A stretch of DNA of 64,000 nt from Trichoplax adhaerens (Eukaryota; Animalia; Placozoa), in the NCBI RefSeq assembly GCF_000150275.1, contig NW_002060946.1, positions 2,375,454-2,439,453 of the forward strand, read 5' to 3'. A program made the position numbers and the translations under genes. Below, in pieces: positions 12,501 through 26,600 of the stretch. Under the pieces are notes generated by a model. The model was not told the origin of the DNA. It searched no databases and worked only from the letters and a program-made list of their open reading frames with translations. Position 1 is the stretch's first letter; the number at the start of each line of letters is the position of its first letter.

Positions 12501-15500
12501 CATATCAGCAACTAATATCCTTCACTAAATACGTTTACAGCGAGAATTTTTACTATCACCAAAATGTCTGACTGACCTAAGTTGTTTGATAAATCGTGAC
12601 AATAAATAGCATGAACGACTGCGTAGAGTTAAATTGGTACTTTGCAAACCATTAGTTCCGAGAAAAGCATTCTGAAAATATTAATTTCTATAGTAAATAC
12701 ATAATCTACCTTGAATATCAACAAATGTTAGCGTGAGCTTACCAATACGGGCCCGATAAACTGCTTGTGCAGAACAAAGAATTTATCGTACCGAACCACG
12801 GTTTCAAAGTACTGAAATAAAAATTATGAGCATAGAATTTTTTTAAGTCCAACTTTACACAGTGATTTATTCATAACTGTCATACATGTCAACAAAAACA
12901 TACCTGCATAAGTACGGCTACGTGTTCATGGCGATCAATACCGGATGTAATTAACTGCGAACGGGATCGTATTGTAATAAGTAAAAAATTAACATATGAA
13001 AAATCACCAAATCACCAAACTCACCATCACCATCATTTGTTGTATCGGTGACGCACTATTTAAATCATCGGTAAAGTGAACGCCCTAGATTGTATCCAAA
13101 ACGACAACGTAAGAAATAATGTAAAATTAACCAGTAAATTAGTTTAGCATACCGGTATAAGCTCCCCGAGCATGTATAAAATTTTGATCGAAACTTCGAT
13201 ATCCATAAACGCCTTAGAATTCCATTGACTATTATAATAGACACAACGTTAGCAATGGTTAATTACTTGACAATCAATATTGTTGTTAAAATCTACAGAG
13301 TCACCACTCTTACCTCATGATGTTTACGTAATAATGATAAACCACCATTAATACAAGTTCTCTGTTCTACGTTACCACGTACAGGAAAAGGAAGTAGATT
13401 AATTATAATTGCTAGTCTGTAACCTATTTCACTAAAATAAATACTTACTAGCTGAGTAATATTATAAAATAAGTTTTTCAATTGCTTTCTGTATTCAAGA
13501 AACATTATCTCATCCTCTCCCTAACAATCAAATAATAATTTTATGATCTTTGTCCCAAAATACATTTATTATTCTTCAAATTTAAGAAATAGCATAAAAA
13601 ATTTTATTATTCCTATATGACTACAATACCTCGCACTCAAAATCGTAAGATTGATCATATTTATACTTTGATATGACAGCCTCAAGAAGACCCTACATCA
13701 TTATAGCAGTTTATAATCTTTAGACGATTGATGTACTGTACAAAAAATAACGCTGGACAAAAACATCACATTAGCTAGCAAAATTCAACAAAATGACATT
13801 CTGTTACTTTTAAATGATCTTCTCGTCGCTGCAATTCATTCGGAGATAATTGTTTAAGAAGAAGGACATAACTTTGAGCGAAACCAATAACAGCCTGTGA
13901 AACGTCGTCGTCTTCATTGGTCATAAACCTGATTAAAATCAGAGCATTAAATTAACAGTGGAGTAATTAGTTAGCACGTCTTATTGGATTAACAGTCTGA
14001 TTAATCCTATTTCAATGCATTGTATTTAACTGAATGACAACAGTTTTCCCTATATGCCAATACTAACCGAAGTAATAAAGTAATTTTGACATCAATCATT
14101 TCGAGGGTTTGATCAGCAGCTACAACGTCTCCTGATCGCATCAACCTGAATAAAGAAATCGAAGTTCCCAGTATAAATAAAATTAACGCTATCCATTTTG
14201 TCGCCACAATAAATATAACGTATACGTAAGCATTTCTATTTCAGGCATAAATCACTAAAAAAGTACAATTAAAATTTAAAATTCTCATTACTTTGTCCAG
14301 CTAGAAATGAGCGACGTCCCAATACCATTGACCAACTTTCCTAACTTAGCAGCATAGTCAGCATCGATATCCTAAGAACAATACGTTAAAATGGGTCATA
14401 AATTTTGTTAGAACCAATTAAACAATTGAAGCATTTCGAATGTACTACAATGTAATCATTTGTCTTACCCCCAATGACGCAAAAATACCACAACTGTCCA
14501 AAACATTTACTAACGATTCAACTAATTTAATTTTCTCTCCAGCATCCATACCTACTTATAATAAAGTAAACCGTAAGTAACCTGCAAAATTATAGTATTA
14601 CGTGCAAAAGTCCGCGTTATTTCCATTTTCTAAAAATATCATTGCCAACTTATGAATACGAGACCTTTGTTCATAATTTCGAAAATACAATCACAAGCAC
14701 TTTCTCTTAATGTGTCGACCTTAAGATACAATAGCAATCGGCTAAAATAGCAAAATTAGGTAAACCATAGTTAGCTTTTTTCAGTCGTAACGAAACAAAA
14801 ATTGAAATTAAAAGTAAAATTTGACAGAACAAGAAGTTATATCATGCCTTATGAAACGGTCGTTAGCAACAGCATTAATATCAATCCATGATACATAAGC
14901 TCCGATTACTTGTAAACAAAGACAAGTTAATTCATGTTGAGAGCTATCGTATGTTTGCTGAAAATAAAGAAACAATATACTCGTTTACTCGTATTACGGT
15001 AGTCAATCAATAAAGGTTACGATCAACAGCAATGCTTACCAATATCTGATACCAAGATTCTACTAAGTCTGAAATACATCGAATACGCATCGCATCTTTT
15101 ATGGCAGTGTTCCGTACGAGTTCCTATAACAACAGGTAGTTTGTTTATATGCTATTCCATTAAAATAAAACTTGAGTACTTTGTACGATTCATAACGTAA
15201 CAATTTTATACCAATTTTTACAAAATATATTTAGACATAAAAATTAACCCTACATAAAATAGGATAGCTGATTCTAGCACCCTAGCGTTATCATACCTCT
15301 GGTGTGTGAGGGATGTCACGATCGACAACTTCGCTATCGATTGCTAATAAAGTCCTCAAATAAAAGTCCACCGCATTTATTCCAGTTGACATAAAACCCA
15401 GCAGATCGTCAAAAAATGATGGCCACTAAATAAAATAGCGTTCAGCCGTTACTAGATTAGTCTCTCATCTATTTTTATAAGTTATCCATTTACATCAAAT

Positions 15501-18500
15501 ACTATCTGTTATATCTTTAGATCGGAAAATGTAATTAACTATGTAACGTATAGTTATAACAATGCTATAATAAATGAAATCACACAGTAAGTATACAAAC
15601 TGTACCCGATCAGGATAGTCGCCGACGAAGGCCAAGCTGAAGATCTGCGCCATCTTATTTCTTAAATAATTGGCATCAATGGGCTCATAACAGTACTGTT
15701 AACGAAATATTTTTAATAAAAATGATTACATATTTAATGACTGTATTGTACTAAGCTGTAATTAATTAATCCTGGCCTAACACCGTCAGAAATGATTTCA
15801 ACACTTTTATGCTGACTATATCTATTACAGTACGTTGATCTATTCTAATAGGTAATACGTATCTTTAAAGGTTACCAATAGATCCCATCTAGTGCTAAAA
15901 ATTTAACTACTAATGGCTTTAGCCATCCCGGACTGTTTTGTCATTTACGACATGATAATAATATGTTTCTATCACGAATTCATCACGTTTGAATATGTTT
16001 TTGCTATTGTTACTTTTGTCTTTTGCGATAATTATGGTATTAGATACTATCGTCACCAAGGCTCATAATTCTTAGCCAAATTCAAAACAATAACCTTACA
16101 GAATACTCTACAATATACGACGTCAGTGGTTTATATTTGAGCTTTTGTTATAGCATTTTTCGAAGGAACTTACCTGTCTAAGCCAACTAATTAAATATTC
16201 CTTTAAGACTTGTTGGTCAGAGTAAGATGCAGAAGAGTAGCTATAGGTAATTGCAAGTGACAATGTTATAAATAAAGTTAACAAGTAATAATATCAGCCT
16301 AACAAACGTTGCCGTGATATCATAACTGAAAAAATAAGGATAAAATTTAAAATTGTAACGAAATGATGATTGATCAACATGATATGCTGTATTTAAGGAA
16401 AATAACATTTATATTGTTTTTTAAGCTACGTGAGTATGTTCAACACAGTAGACATATTTAGTTATGGTGATACAAATTATTTTAGCATTTCCACTCAATC
16501 CTGCTGTCAATAAAATCTGATTCATTTCCAAACTCTTTATAAGCTTGCTAAATTGTCGGGTATTCAATAGGAATGCAACTGTATATATTTTATGTTAGGA
16601 TAGGAATAACTTTATTCCAATTGATAGTTACCATAAAGCCAACAATAGACTTACTTGTTTTTTAAGTAATGCTCCAGTACTTGCATACACATAAATTTCA
16701 TGTAGTCATCACTAGTACATCATTTTAAGTATAAGTAAATACAACGTTAGTACGTTAGTGAATCTATAACATCGTGTAGAGTGGATTAACAATTTGCTAC
16801 ATTCATAATTCACTGACTTGCAGAAAATCAGAAGAATTGGTAAAAATATATCAAACAGAAATTAAACCACATTTTTGATAGCAAATTTAGCATAGATTAA
16901 TTTAAACAATTTTTCTTATTTACGTCCAATATTTAGCTAATAGTATTTGTAGCAAATATTGATACCAGATAAAAGTAAATTACAATTATATTGTACAGTA
17001 GCTGAAGTATTTCGTTTTAGTAATCGATATTCATAACTAGTAAGATTATAGAATAATTTTTCATCATGTTGAAGAAAATAGTAAATGGTTTAGCGTCTAG
17101 TTCATAGCTAAGTGCATTTGTTTCTTTCTTCATAACAATACTTATTGCACTTACTTACACAGTATAGTAAATTCTAATATCGATATTTTACATTAAGGCC
17201 TATAGCAAAGTACTGAAAGATGACACAGTTTAGAAGTAATTTACCGGTAAAGTCTTTTGACCAGACTATCGCCACACAATTTCCATCCTTGGGGTGAGTT
17301 TTTTAATCGATCCAACTCTTGTATAACCTCCTGCAAAAAATTGGATGTCATGTCATTAATACTACCAAACAACGACCAAATTCTGTCTCAGGTTATTTAT
17401 TAGCAACTGCACTAGGAATAATCAAAATGATGACACTTTGTCATTGTTATTCCAATCAGAAATAATGGCATATAAAGAAAGAGTGCTCGACATGAAGTAA
17501 TGCATTTGGATGCATTGTGCAGTATGAAGAATTTACTTTACGTAAGATAATAAAAAATAATAATAATGAAATCAAGGTATTCTTTTCGGCTACTCTAATT
17601 AATACAGCTGATGGATAAATAGGTTCAATTTTTACTATCTGACTATCTCAGGCTATTAAAAGAAGACTAACAGGAATCTTAGATCGTTGGTCATAAACAG
17701 TATAATACGCGTAAAATAAGCAACGAGGATATATAAACAAAATTTGAAAAAATAACATTCTCTCCGGTGTCTTTAGTATTGTGGAAGTATAAGTATACGC
17801 GTACGCGTACTTCAACTCGAATTTACTACATACATATTTTAATTATATCACAAAAGCGCAATAAAATTACACGATTCTATTAATTACTCGTATAAGAAGA
17901 ATTCATTTTTTGGAGATAAAACATCATGGCTTGCATCGTGCGGATTAATTATCTCTAATATTGTATAAACTAGATATACTGTACTGTACGTATCATGAGT
18001 AGATCCGAAGTCACGTAAATTATGTCATGGTTTGTTTTATGCCTATTAATTATCTCCAGCATTGATATCCATCATACATTCCATGATTGGATTCATATCG
18101 CATATCATGACTTGCATCGTGCCTATTTATTATCTTCAATACCTGTATCAATTAGGCATATCACAATCAGATTCGTATTGCATTATGCGTATATCATGGC
18201 TTACATCGTGCAAATTAATTAATTATCTACAATATGGTATAAAATAGACGTATCACGATTGGATCCGTACTACTGTATATTATAACATAGATGCTGTATG
18301 TGGGGGCATCAAAATGATCAGTGTTATACAAGACTACACACTCGAACGATTTGGATAACGAGCTAAGACAAACCAACCAGAGGAAATGTTTAATAAGTAC
18401 TTCCAACCCAACCAGAAATTAGTTGTACAGTAAGTAGTAGAATATCATCAATCTCGCAGTCAAGTTGAGTGGAAAGAGTCTCTTTAAGCCATCCGGGCTA

Positions 18501-19747
18501 CAACTTGCCATAACTCAGTTTGCTACGCCGCACTGTGGTGTAAACAATTTCTGAATAAAAAATAGGATGTTAAGATTACTTTAAATAACCTTGTCTAGTA
18601 CTGTAGTATGTTATCGTAAGGGTCTGTTGTAAGATTTATATTACTTCATATCCTGTGGTAATTCATTAGCCATGCATGTATCAATCAAGTACCCCAAGCA
18701 GACCGAGGAAAATACGCGTATATATGCATTTTAATAGCAAATAAGAAGTTACTTAGAACTAGGAATAGCAATCGGATCAAGTCGATAGCAATCCATAGAA
18801 GTACCCTATCGTTCGATGATTCCTACTGCAAATTGGTATAGCGCGACATGCACCTTGAAAGGACTATCTAGCGAGATATGTTAGCTAACATCTACTCTAA
18901 GCTCTCCATTTGATTGGTATACCCTTGATTGTAAGCTACTATAGCATCTAGATAAAACTAACGGATCCATGGTGTGGATTTTCAACTAATCCTATGCATT
19001 GGAATGAGGATGCAGGCAAGACAATTGATAATAAGGCTGTTGACTGCTAGAGTCTTGATACGTTGGTTCAAGTCAATACATTGATTATTCCATCCTTATT
19101 ATCGGGCACCTTTTCTAATGGAACTTTGATGATCGCTACTGAGTTTAACCTAGCGATTTAGCGCTATAATAAGCTAATAAGCTAAATTGCTTTCTTTAAG
19201 TTAATATACATTAATAGGTGGAGGAGACCAATGCTGGTGATGCAAGGTCAATGTCAACTCGATTCCATTGTATCGTACTGTATGCAACATGAACTGAGAA
19301 CAAGATTCAGTTGGAAGTGACCGTATAAGAACTAAGATGGAAGATATGAGAAATGCCTTGAAAACGATTAGATCGATCAAGAAACTGGAAAACAGCATCG
19401 CCTTCAACAACATGTTTGGTATGCACCTGCATAGTGATGTATCCTACTGTTGCTCATCGGTCAGGGTATTGTATCAATATGACGAAATAGTTCTGTCAAT
19501 GGAGTCATGCTTCCAATGTTAATGATATCGTTTTTTCGACCCTTTCTATCAATTCATGGTCAGTGATGTACAGTATGAATCCAATATCAACGAGTAGGGT
19601 AGGCATTGAAAAAGATATGGTAGCAATTTTAGCTACCACAGTAGATCAAGTCATGGTATTGCAATCAAAGAAGCGAAAAATGGTTACCTTGGAAGGAATG
19701 GAGAGATCAGACATTTGATTTAATGCAGCAATGGCTTGAAAGTCCAT
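9599..19747 (-). CDS. XPOT: Exportin-T (tRNA export receptor), about 38 coding exons
   Basis: Spliced translation: MDFQAIAALNQ..., DDYMKFMCMQVLEH, YLRNKMAQIF, WPSFFDDLL, YLRTLLAIDSEVVDRD, RNTAIKDAMR, AYVSWIDIN, GEDEIMFLEYRKQLK, YFETVVRY, VRQFLHRMIICLGEQVLPFIP, last exon EFCMTLRTRLQDIR*. Colinear with vertebrate XPOT as recalled. Confidence 0.95.
17922..18275. repeat. Degenerate tandem repeat (~85-95 bp, about 4 copies) in XPOT intron 1
   Basis: atcatg(g/a)ctt(g/a)catcgtgc...ttaattatct recurs at about 17923, 18104 and 18193, with a weaker copy near 18023. Confidence 0.65.
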
Positions 19748-19831
19748 CTCTTTTCCTAATGACGATTCTTTCTTGTGAAGAAATAGATGGAAATAATGTA
19801 TCCACGTAATTCTATTACATACTAAGGGATT

Positions 19832-19833
<2 letters not shown>

Positions 19834-19863
<30 letters not shown>
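19834..19863. repeat. (GA)n microsatellite just upstream of the XPOT start codon
   Basis: About 15 uninterrupted AG units followed by a G run. Confidence 0.95.
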
Positions 19864-19869
<6 letters not shown>

Positions 19870-19974
19870 AAAGAAAGTTGGCAAAAGAGGCAAAGAAAAA
19901 GGCAAATCACAGGGTAAAAGTAGACTCTAAGATTGCCATCTAAGCAATTGTGCCTTGGCTTTGTAGCTTGGGTA

Positions 19975-20420
19975 GCACACGTGCAGTTATGCTACAGGGC
20001 ATTGGGCCAATCTGTTGACACAGTATAGCGGGTTGTGCTTTGTGCTGCAGCTCTATACTGTCTTCTATTGCTAGGCGTCCTGTTGGAACACAGTGGCGTC
20101 AACTGCAACGCGCTCGAGTGTCACTATGCCACGTCCCCTCATCAGCCAATCACACTGAACGACACCACGAACACACTGGCTGATCGTAATACACTGCGCC
20201 ACGACCGCATCCTGTATCGATGCGTTGACCTGGTACGGTACTGCACCCACCAGTTTTCTACTATACAAAAGCGACAACGTGAGTTGGACTACAGCACCAC
20301 ACTAGCATTAGCACTATGGTAAGAGTGCATTACCACTGACGACAGCACGTACGGTACCTGGAGTGGACGTGTCATCATCATCCACTTTGACCACGACGGC
20401 ATTGTAGAGAAATGGATAGT
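19975..20420. promoter_or_regulatory. GC/CpG-enriched probable XPOT promoter region with a CCAAT box
   Basis: Visibly higher GC and CpG than the flanks; CAGCCAATCA at 20143-20152; lies immediately upstream of XPOT. Confidence 0.5.
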
Positions 20421-20459
20421 ACGGTACTGTTTCTTCAAACGGTATCACACTTTACTATA

Positions 20460-22240
20460 GACGTTAAGGGAACTTCCAGTACCTCTATCGCCTTGATGAA
20501 AGGTATTTCACCAAAAGGGATTGCCGCCTATGTTGTTCTAATTCATTGGTTATTATTTATTTAATAGATCGAAATTAGGGAGAAACTTACAGTTCCTCGA
20601 TGGTATTGACTGGGTGCATTTCACCAAAAGGGATTGCCGCCTATGTTGTTCTAATTCATTGGTTATGATTTATTTAATAGATCGAAATTAGGGAGAAACT
20701 TACAGTTCCTCGATGGTGTTGACTGGGTGCATTACACTTAAAGCGATATACTACTGTCTAGACGCGTATGTTCATATCAATTTCATGAATTAATTATAAT
20801 TTATGAGAGAGAAATCAGTAAGGGAATTTACGCTATCTCCAGTGTGTTGACGAAGTGTATTTCACCAAAAGGGATAGACAGTACGCGTGGATATTATATA
20901 ATAAATACGAGAATGGAGTAAGGGAATTGGCAGTACTGTACCTGTATAGTGTTGACTAAGTGCACTTCATCAAATGACATATAATATATATATATAAAAT
21001 AGGATTACAATGAATTAAATAGACAGAATTGAGCAAAGGAATTTATAGTACTGTATCGCGACAGTGTTGACTAAATATATTTCACCAAACCTGATATACT
21101 GTGCATATACAGTATATATAAGTGTATGTTATCTATATAATATTATATAAAATAGGACTATAATGAATTAAATAGATAGAATTGAGTCAGGGAATTTACA
21201 ATACTGTATCTCTACAGTGTTGACTAAATACATTTCACCAAACCCGATATACTGTATATATACGCGTATATTCATCTATATAATATTACATAAAATAAAA
21301 TTATAATGAATTAAATAGATAGAATTGAGTAAGGGAATTTATAGTACTGTACCTCTACAGTATTGACTAAATATATTTCACCAAACCCGATATACTGTAT
21401 ACACGTGTATGTTCATCTATTTAATATTATATAAAATAGGATTATAATGAACTAAATAGATAGAATTGAGTAAGGGAATTTACAATACTGTATCTCTACA
21501 GTGTTGACTACATCCATTTCACTAAACCCGATATACTGTATATATACACTGTATACGCGTATGTTCATCTATATAATATTACATAAAATTTGGTTATAAT
21601 GAATTAAATAAATAGGATTGAGTACGGGAATTTATAGTACTGTACCTCTATAGTATTGACTAAATACATTTCACCAAACCAAATATACTGTATACACGCG
21701 TATATTCATCTATATAGTATAAAATATGATTATAATGAATTAAATAGATAGAATTCATGAAGTACCTCTATAGTATTGATATATGATGATGTAGTACTAT
21801 AATGAACTATTAAATAGATAGAATTGAGTAAAGGGATTTACAGTACTGTACTTCTATAGTGTTAATATATGATGATTATTTAATGAATTATTAAATAGAT
21901 AGAATTGAGTAAGGGAATTTACAGTACTGTACCTCTATAGCATTGACTAAATGTATTTCACGAAAGGGGATAGACGCGTATATTCATATGATTATAATTA
22001 ATTATTCAACATAAAATTGAGTACGGGAACGTACAGTACCTCTCTAGTATTGGCTACGTGCTTATCACGAAAAGGGATATACCAGTATCTTCATATAATT
22101 ATATCTAATTAGTTAAGTATTAAATATCTATGAGCAAAGGAACTTATTGCACCTCTATAGTGTTAACTAAAAGCAATTCATGAAAGGAGATATGCGCGTG
22201 TATTCACATGACTATAATTAATTATTAAATATATAATTCA
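20460..22240. repeat. Minisatellite array, about 15 units of 80-153 bp
   Basis: Core consensus gaattgagtaagggaatttacagtactgtacctctacagtgttgactaaatatatttcaccaaacccgatatactgta...acgcgtatgttcatctatataatatt...ttataatgaattaaatagata. Anchors at about 20468, 20578, 20690, 20822, 20922, 21037, 21190, 21333, 21474, 21626, 21757, 21833, 21913, 22025 and 22138. Confidence 0.95.
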
Positions 22241-23626
22241 TAGCTGTAAAGAAATTTAAATTTATTACATCACTGATCTGAACATAGCGAGTAGTAGCAT
22301 AGTCAAAGTTGACGGGAAACCAACTACGAATGCATTGAGTTTACGGATGGAAAAAATGGCGGCTTAGATACCTGCACCGTTCACACTTACAATGCATAGT
22401 AAGAACAAGATGGTAGAATTATGGATCAATTTACAGTAACTAGTAGTTTAAATCAACTATGCTTACGTAGAACAGGTGTCAATACAGTATACATAGACAA
22501 TATGATGTTATTGAAAGGAATATTAAAATCACTACAGGTTAATACTATGCTACAACTGACTAGTTATTACTGATTAGAACTGCCATGAGGGTTAGGAATC
22601 GAATTAGGAGTAGGTAGGGCAAGGTTAGGACTAAGTTCATTTTATTAATAGTTTATTTCAGTTTTTAGTACGTATAGAATACCGACATACAGGAATTCAG
22701 TGCAATCACCGGCTTGCTAAAGTGCCATAACCCGATATAAGTTAGTACGACTATAGCGCTACACAAGCTAAAGCTCTTCGCTGAAATATGTCATAGTAGT
22801 TGGAATTCAAACTTGTCCAAAAGTAAATCAATCAATCTTATAGTCATCGATAATACAGTAGAGATTGCTGCTTCATTACACGGTATAACATTACGCTTAA
22901 TAAAATAATAGTGATGGAAGATGTTGTAACACGTTGCCATAAACTTTATTGATTAACATACGGTCTTACAAATAATGATACGCTTAATAAATCACCTCAC
23001 AGCTTAGTTAGTTCAATCGATACAGTTATTATGTAGTCATCATCACTACCATTACCCGACTACTTAACCTTATTCTAGCATCTTAACCAGATATTCATAT
23101 AGGATGATTAGTATTTTCATCTTCTAGCGATATTGAATACGAAAAACAAGGAAGATAGAGACAAAGCAAATATGCAGAAGCAAAATTAACATCTGCACCA
23201 AAATAATTATATTATAATACAAATGCCGGCTACTAATAAGCATATTTTTGCTAAAGGAGTGATAGTATAGTGCCGGTATTCCTGTACTCCAATCATAACA
23301 ATCTATCACTACTCGATTGCTAAAGACCTTCTTAATTTACTTAATCTATTTTAGAAACTATTACACAAGCATTATTCTAGAATCGTTTCCAATTTTAGTG
23401 CCAATAAGAAGAACAAAGAAGGACAATAAGCCGTAATAATGTGTATAGGTATGAAGAAGGTCTGCATAAATAGCATAATATATCGGCTACTATGTACGTC
23501 TTTGCTATTGAGAACACTAATGTAGTATTCCCATTACTAAATATCGTAATACATGAAGCAACGGCTACATCTCCAAAGCCAGAAACATCGTGGATTGACT
23601 CAAAATACTTGAAGCTAGAAAAAGCT

Positions 23627-26600
23627 TCACTGCTTCTTTGCCTCATCAAGATTTAGCTTTATCTTTTCAAAATCAAATTTCGAACCCGTAATCCGAAAAT
23701 ACATATCCACGATATCATCGCATGTTGTTTCAAAGTGTGATGTGGCATCGTAAGATTTACTTATGAAAATCTACACCATTGGCGGTAAAATTAATATGAA
23801 ATCAAGTTCTTACTGAAGTAGATTGCATAATAAAATACGGTGAATTGATGTAGCTAGTACAACTCATGAAAATTGAATCGATCGAACGTAGAAATTTGAG
23901 TAATACACAATACCATCAAACATACCTTGCTAGCTTTTCCATCATCTGTTGGCTCAAATATGTCTTTAACAGATATAAACCTACAAAGTATACGAATTAC
24001 GTCAGATAAGACTAGAAATTTGCTATAATGTCATATGGTGGAAAGATTGATAAATTACTTATGCTCGATTGGCGATAAAAGATCTAAACCAATTTTCAAC
24101 TCCGCTTCTGGGTTATTCGTTTCAACAAGTGTACTCACACTACCTAGATAGAAATCCTTGGCACTTACTTGATTTAAATTTGATAGCAAGCAAACATATA
24201 TGTCTGTAAAATATAATGGAACAATTCAGAATGATAATTATAATTAATTTTACATTCGAAAATAACTGTAAAATTATAAATCATAGCATACCAGATTTAC
24301 GATCAGTTTGATTTGCAGGAATAATAGTTTGGAATGAAGACGAATTACCAGCTTTAGCAACGGGATGTTTAAGTATGCAGATAGCTCGAACAACCTACAT
24401 TATGATTAAAGGTACCACAACAGCTAACCTTAGGCAGCTGATATTATTGCGGCTCAAATTATAAACAATACTGTAATTGCACGGCAGCAAAAGATTTACC
24501 TGACCAACTTTCTTAACTTTATCTGAACAGTATGAAGGGTCACAAATAACACATTTTGCTTTGGCAACCTCTCCCCCAGATTTAACACCTACAACAGCAC
24601 CATTCTCCATAACTAATTCTTCCACCGGTTTATCCAGCATATAAGTACCACCATAAACGGCGCTCAATCTATTATAGAATGACAGCAGAATCATTTAATA
24701 TGCGTTGTAAAGAGATGAGAAATAAATTTAGTTTAGTCTATCTTGCAGTTGTGTAAGTAGAACAGTTTCTAACACTAGCGATAACTGACCTAGCAAATCC
24801 TTGAGGAAATTCTCCAAGGCCATAAAGAGGATAAAGATAAGGCGATTTGCCATAACTAGAAAGGGAATCACTTTTCAAAATATCAAAAATAGCAAATTTT
24901 ATTATCAACAAAATTTCAAACAGCAAGCTTACGAGAATATTCTTTAAACATGTAGATTAATACATCAAGACAATATAGATATAACCATATGGATATAGAT
25001 CCAATTGATTGTTATGTATGAAATTGTAACCTAAAACCTTACTAATAAAGCTTGATTCTTTTAATTGCATCAGCACAAGGTTTCTCCAAATATCTGTAAT
25101 ATACAAAAGTCAGTAAATATGAAATTACAATATCCAGTCAATAGTCATACGATCGTTGACTACAGTCCTCAATTGTGATTATATCAGCGAAACGACTTGA
25201 CTAGGTTAACACGTTAAATGACAGGGCGGGAAATTAATTTTAATTCACCTCATGTTTATATATGTAACAATATTATTTCAACAAAAAGTACTAATTCTAC
25301 AACCCGTTGCTTTGCTGAGAGAGTATGAGCCACAACGTCGTTACTTACAATAGCAGTTTTAATAGATTTTACAACTTACTGTTTATATTACACATCAAAT
25401 AAGTTCAAAATTAACTTTACTTCTATTCATATTGTACCGTATTATGTATTATTATGCACCGCACAATGTAGAATTATGTTTGTATCTCAAGTGGAGGATT
25501 CAATTTACATATGATAGCCACTATACACGCAGAATAAATTTGAAGAATTTAAACATGCGTGTAGCTTCTGTATTATTTGACATACAGTACGTAAAAAACA
25601 ATCCGATTTCATAAAGCTAACTGGCAGTGCACTGCCGTGTTGCCTATTGAGACTGTTCGTAAAATCATTTACATATACGAGTATACTGTTTCTACTTTTA
25701 ATAAAATAGAAAAAATATAATATAGCAGCGTACCCGTCATCAAGATATAACGCTATCGCATGCCCTGTAAAAGCAGCTGTATTGGAATCTAAACCAAATT
25801 TCTTGTACACCTCAGTCATTGTCGTTTTCTCAGGGTCGACACCTACCAAACAAATTAACATTACTCTAATCATTGCTTTTTAATATCGGTACTTTATAAA
25901 TCCATTGGAAAATTAAATTGAAATTGAAATTAAATATGGCTACAATACGGATAACGATATAATCAAAAACCTTGAAAAGTTTTTGGATCTTGGAAATTTA
26001 AACTCTGGGCCCATATTAAAAAATTGCGGAATCTCCTCTTCTCAAATATTCCCATCAAGCCTGCCAAATGATATTAATAATATATTTTTTTACTAGATAT
26101 TTAAAATCAAAATATTCTCGGTTCAAGCTTCTTCATTAAAACATTACATACTCGACGCTAGAGCTTCTTTGTCACTAGCCGGCACCTTATAAACGTTACC
26201 ACCTTTTTTGTATACGTAACTGCCTTCTATTTGTTTAAATTCTAAATAGCGAGTTACATCGCTATGAATGAGTAATTTCGTAAGTCGGCCTAAATGTACA
26301 AGAAAATGGATCAGACGTAATATACGAATCGTGTACAAAGTATTTTACAACTCGAAATATCTAGACATAATGATAGTAATACCATCAAAATATGATCACT
26401 GTGATATATATATGCATTAAATAACATCAATGTCAGAAAATAACATTGCAAAACATGATAAATATTAGTAGTAGTTAGCTAATGGAATAAGAATTGTTCC
26501 ATATATCATAAAATAGCTTCGTCCTGCAGTAACTGAAAATGAACCTAACATGACATAGTTGTAATAATGAGAAAAACAAGAGATAATAACACTATATCAC

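Noticed and set aside
20035-20322. 95-aa ORF with a signal-peptide-like start
   Set aside because: It starts at GTG, lies in GC-rich promoter DNA where open frames are expected, and has no recognisable family.
20460-22240. CRISPR-like array (also considered for 1178-1690)
   Set aside because: Whole units are homologous with no unique spacers, there are no cas genes, and the context is eukaryotic.
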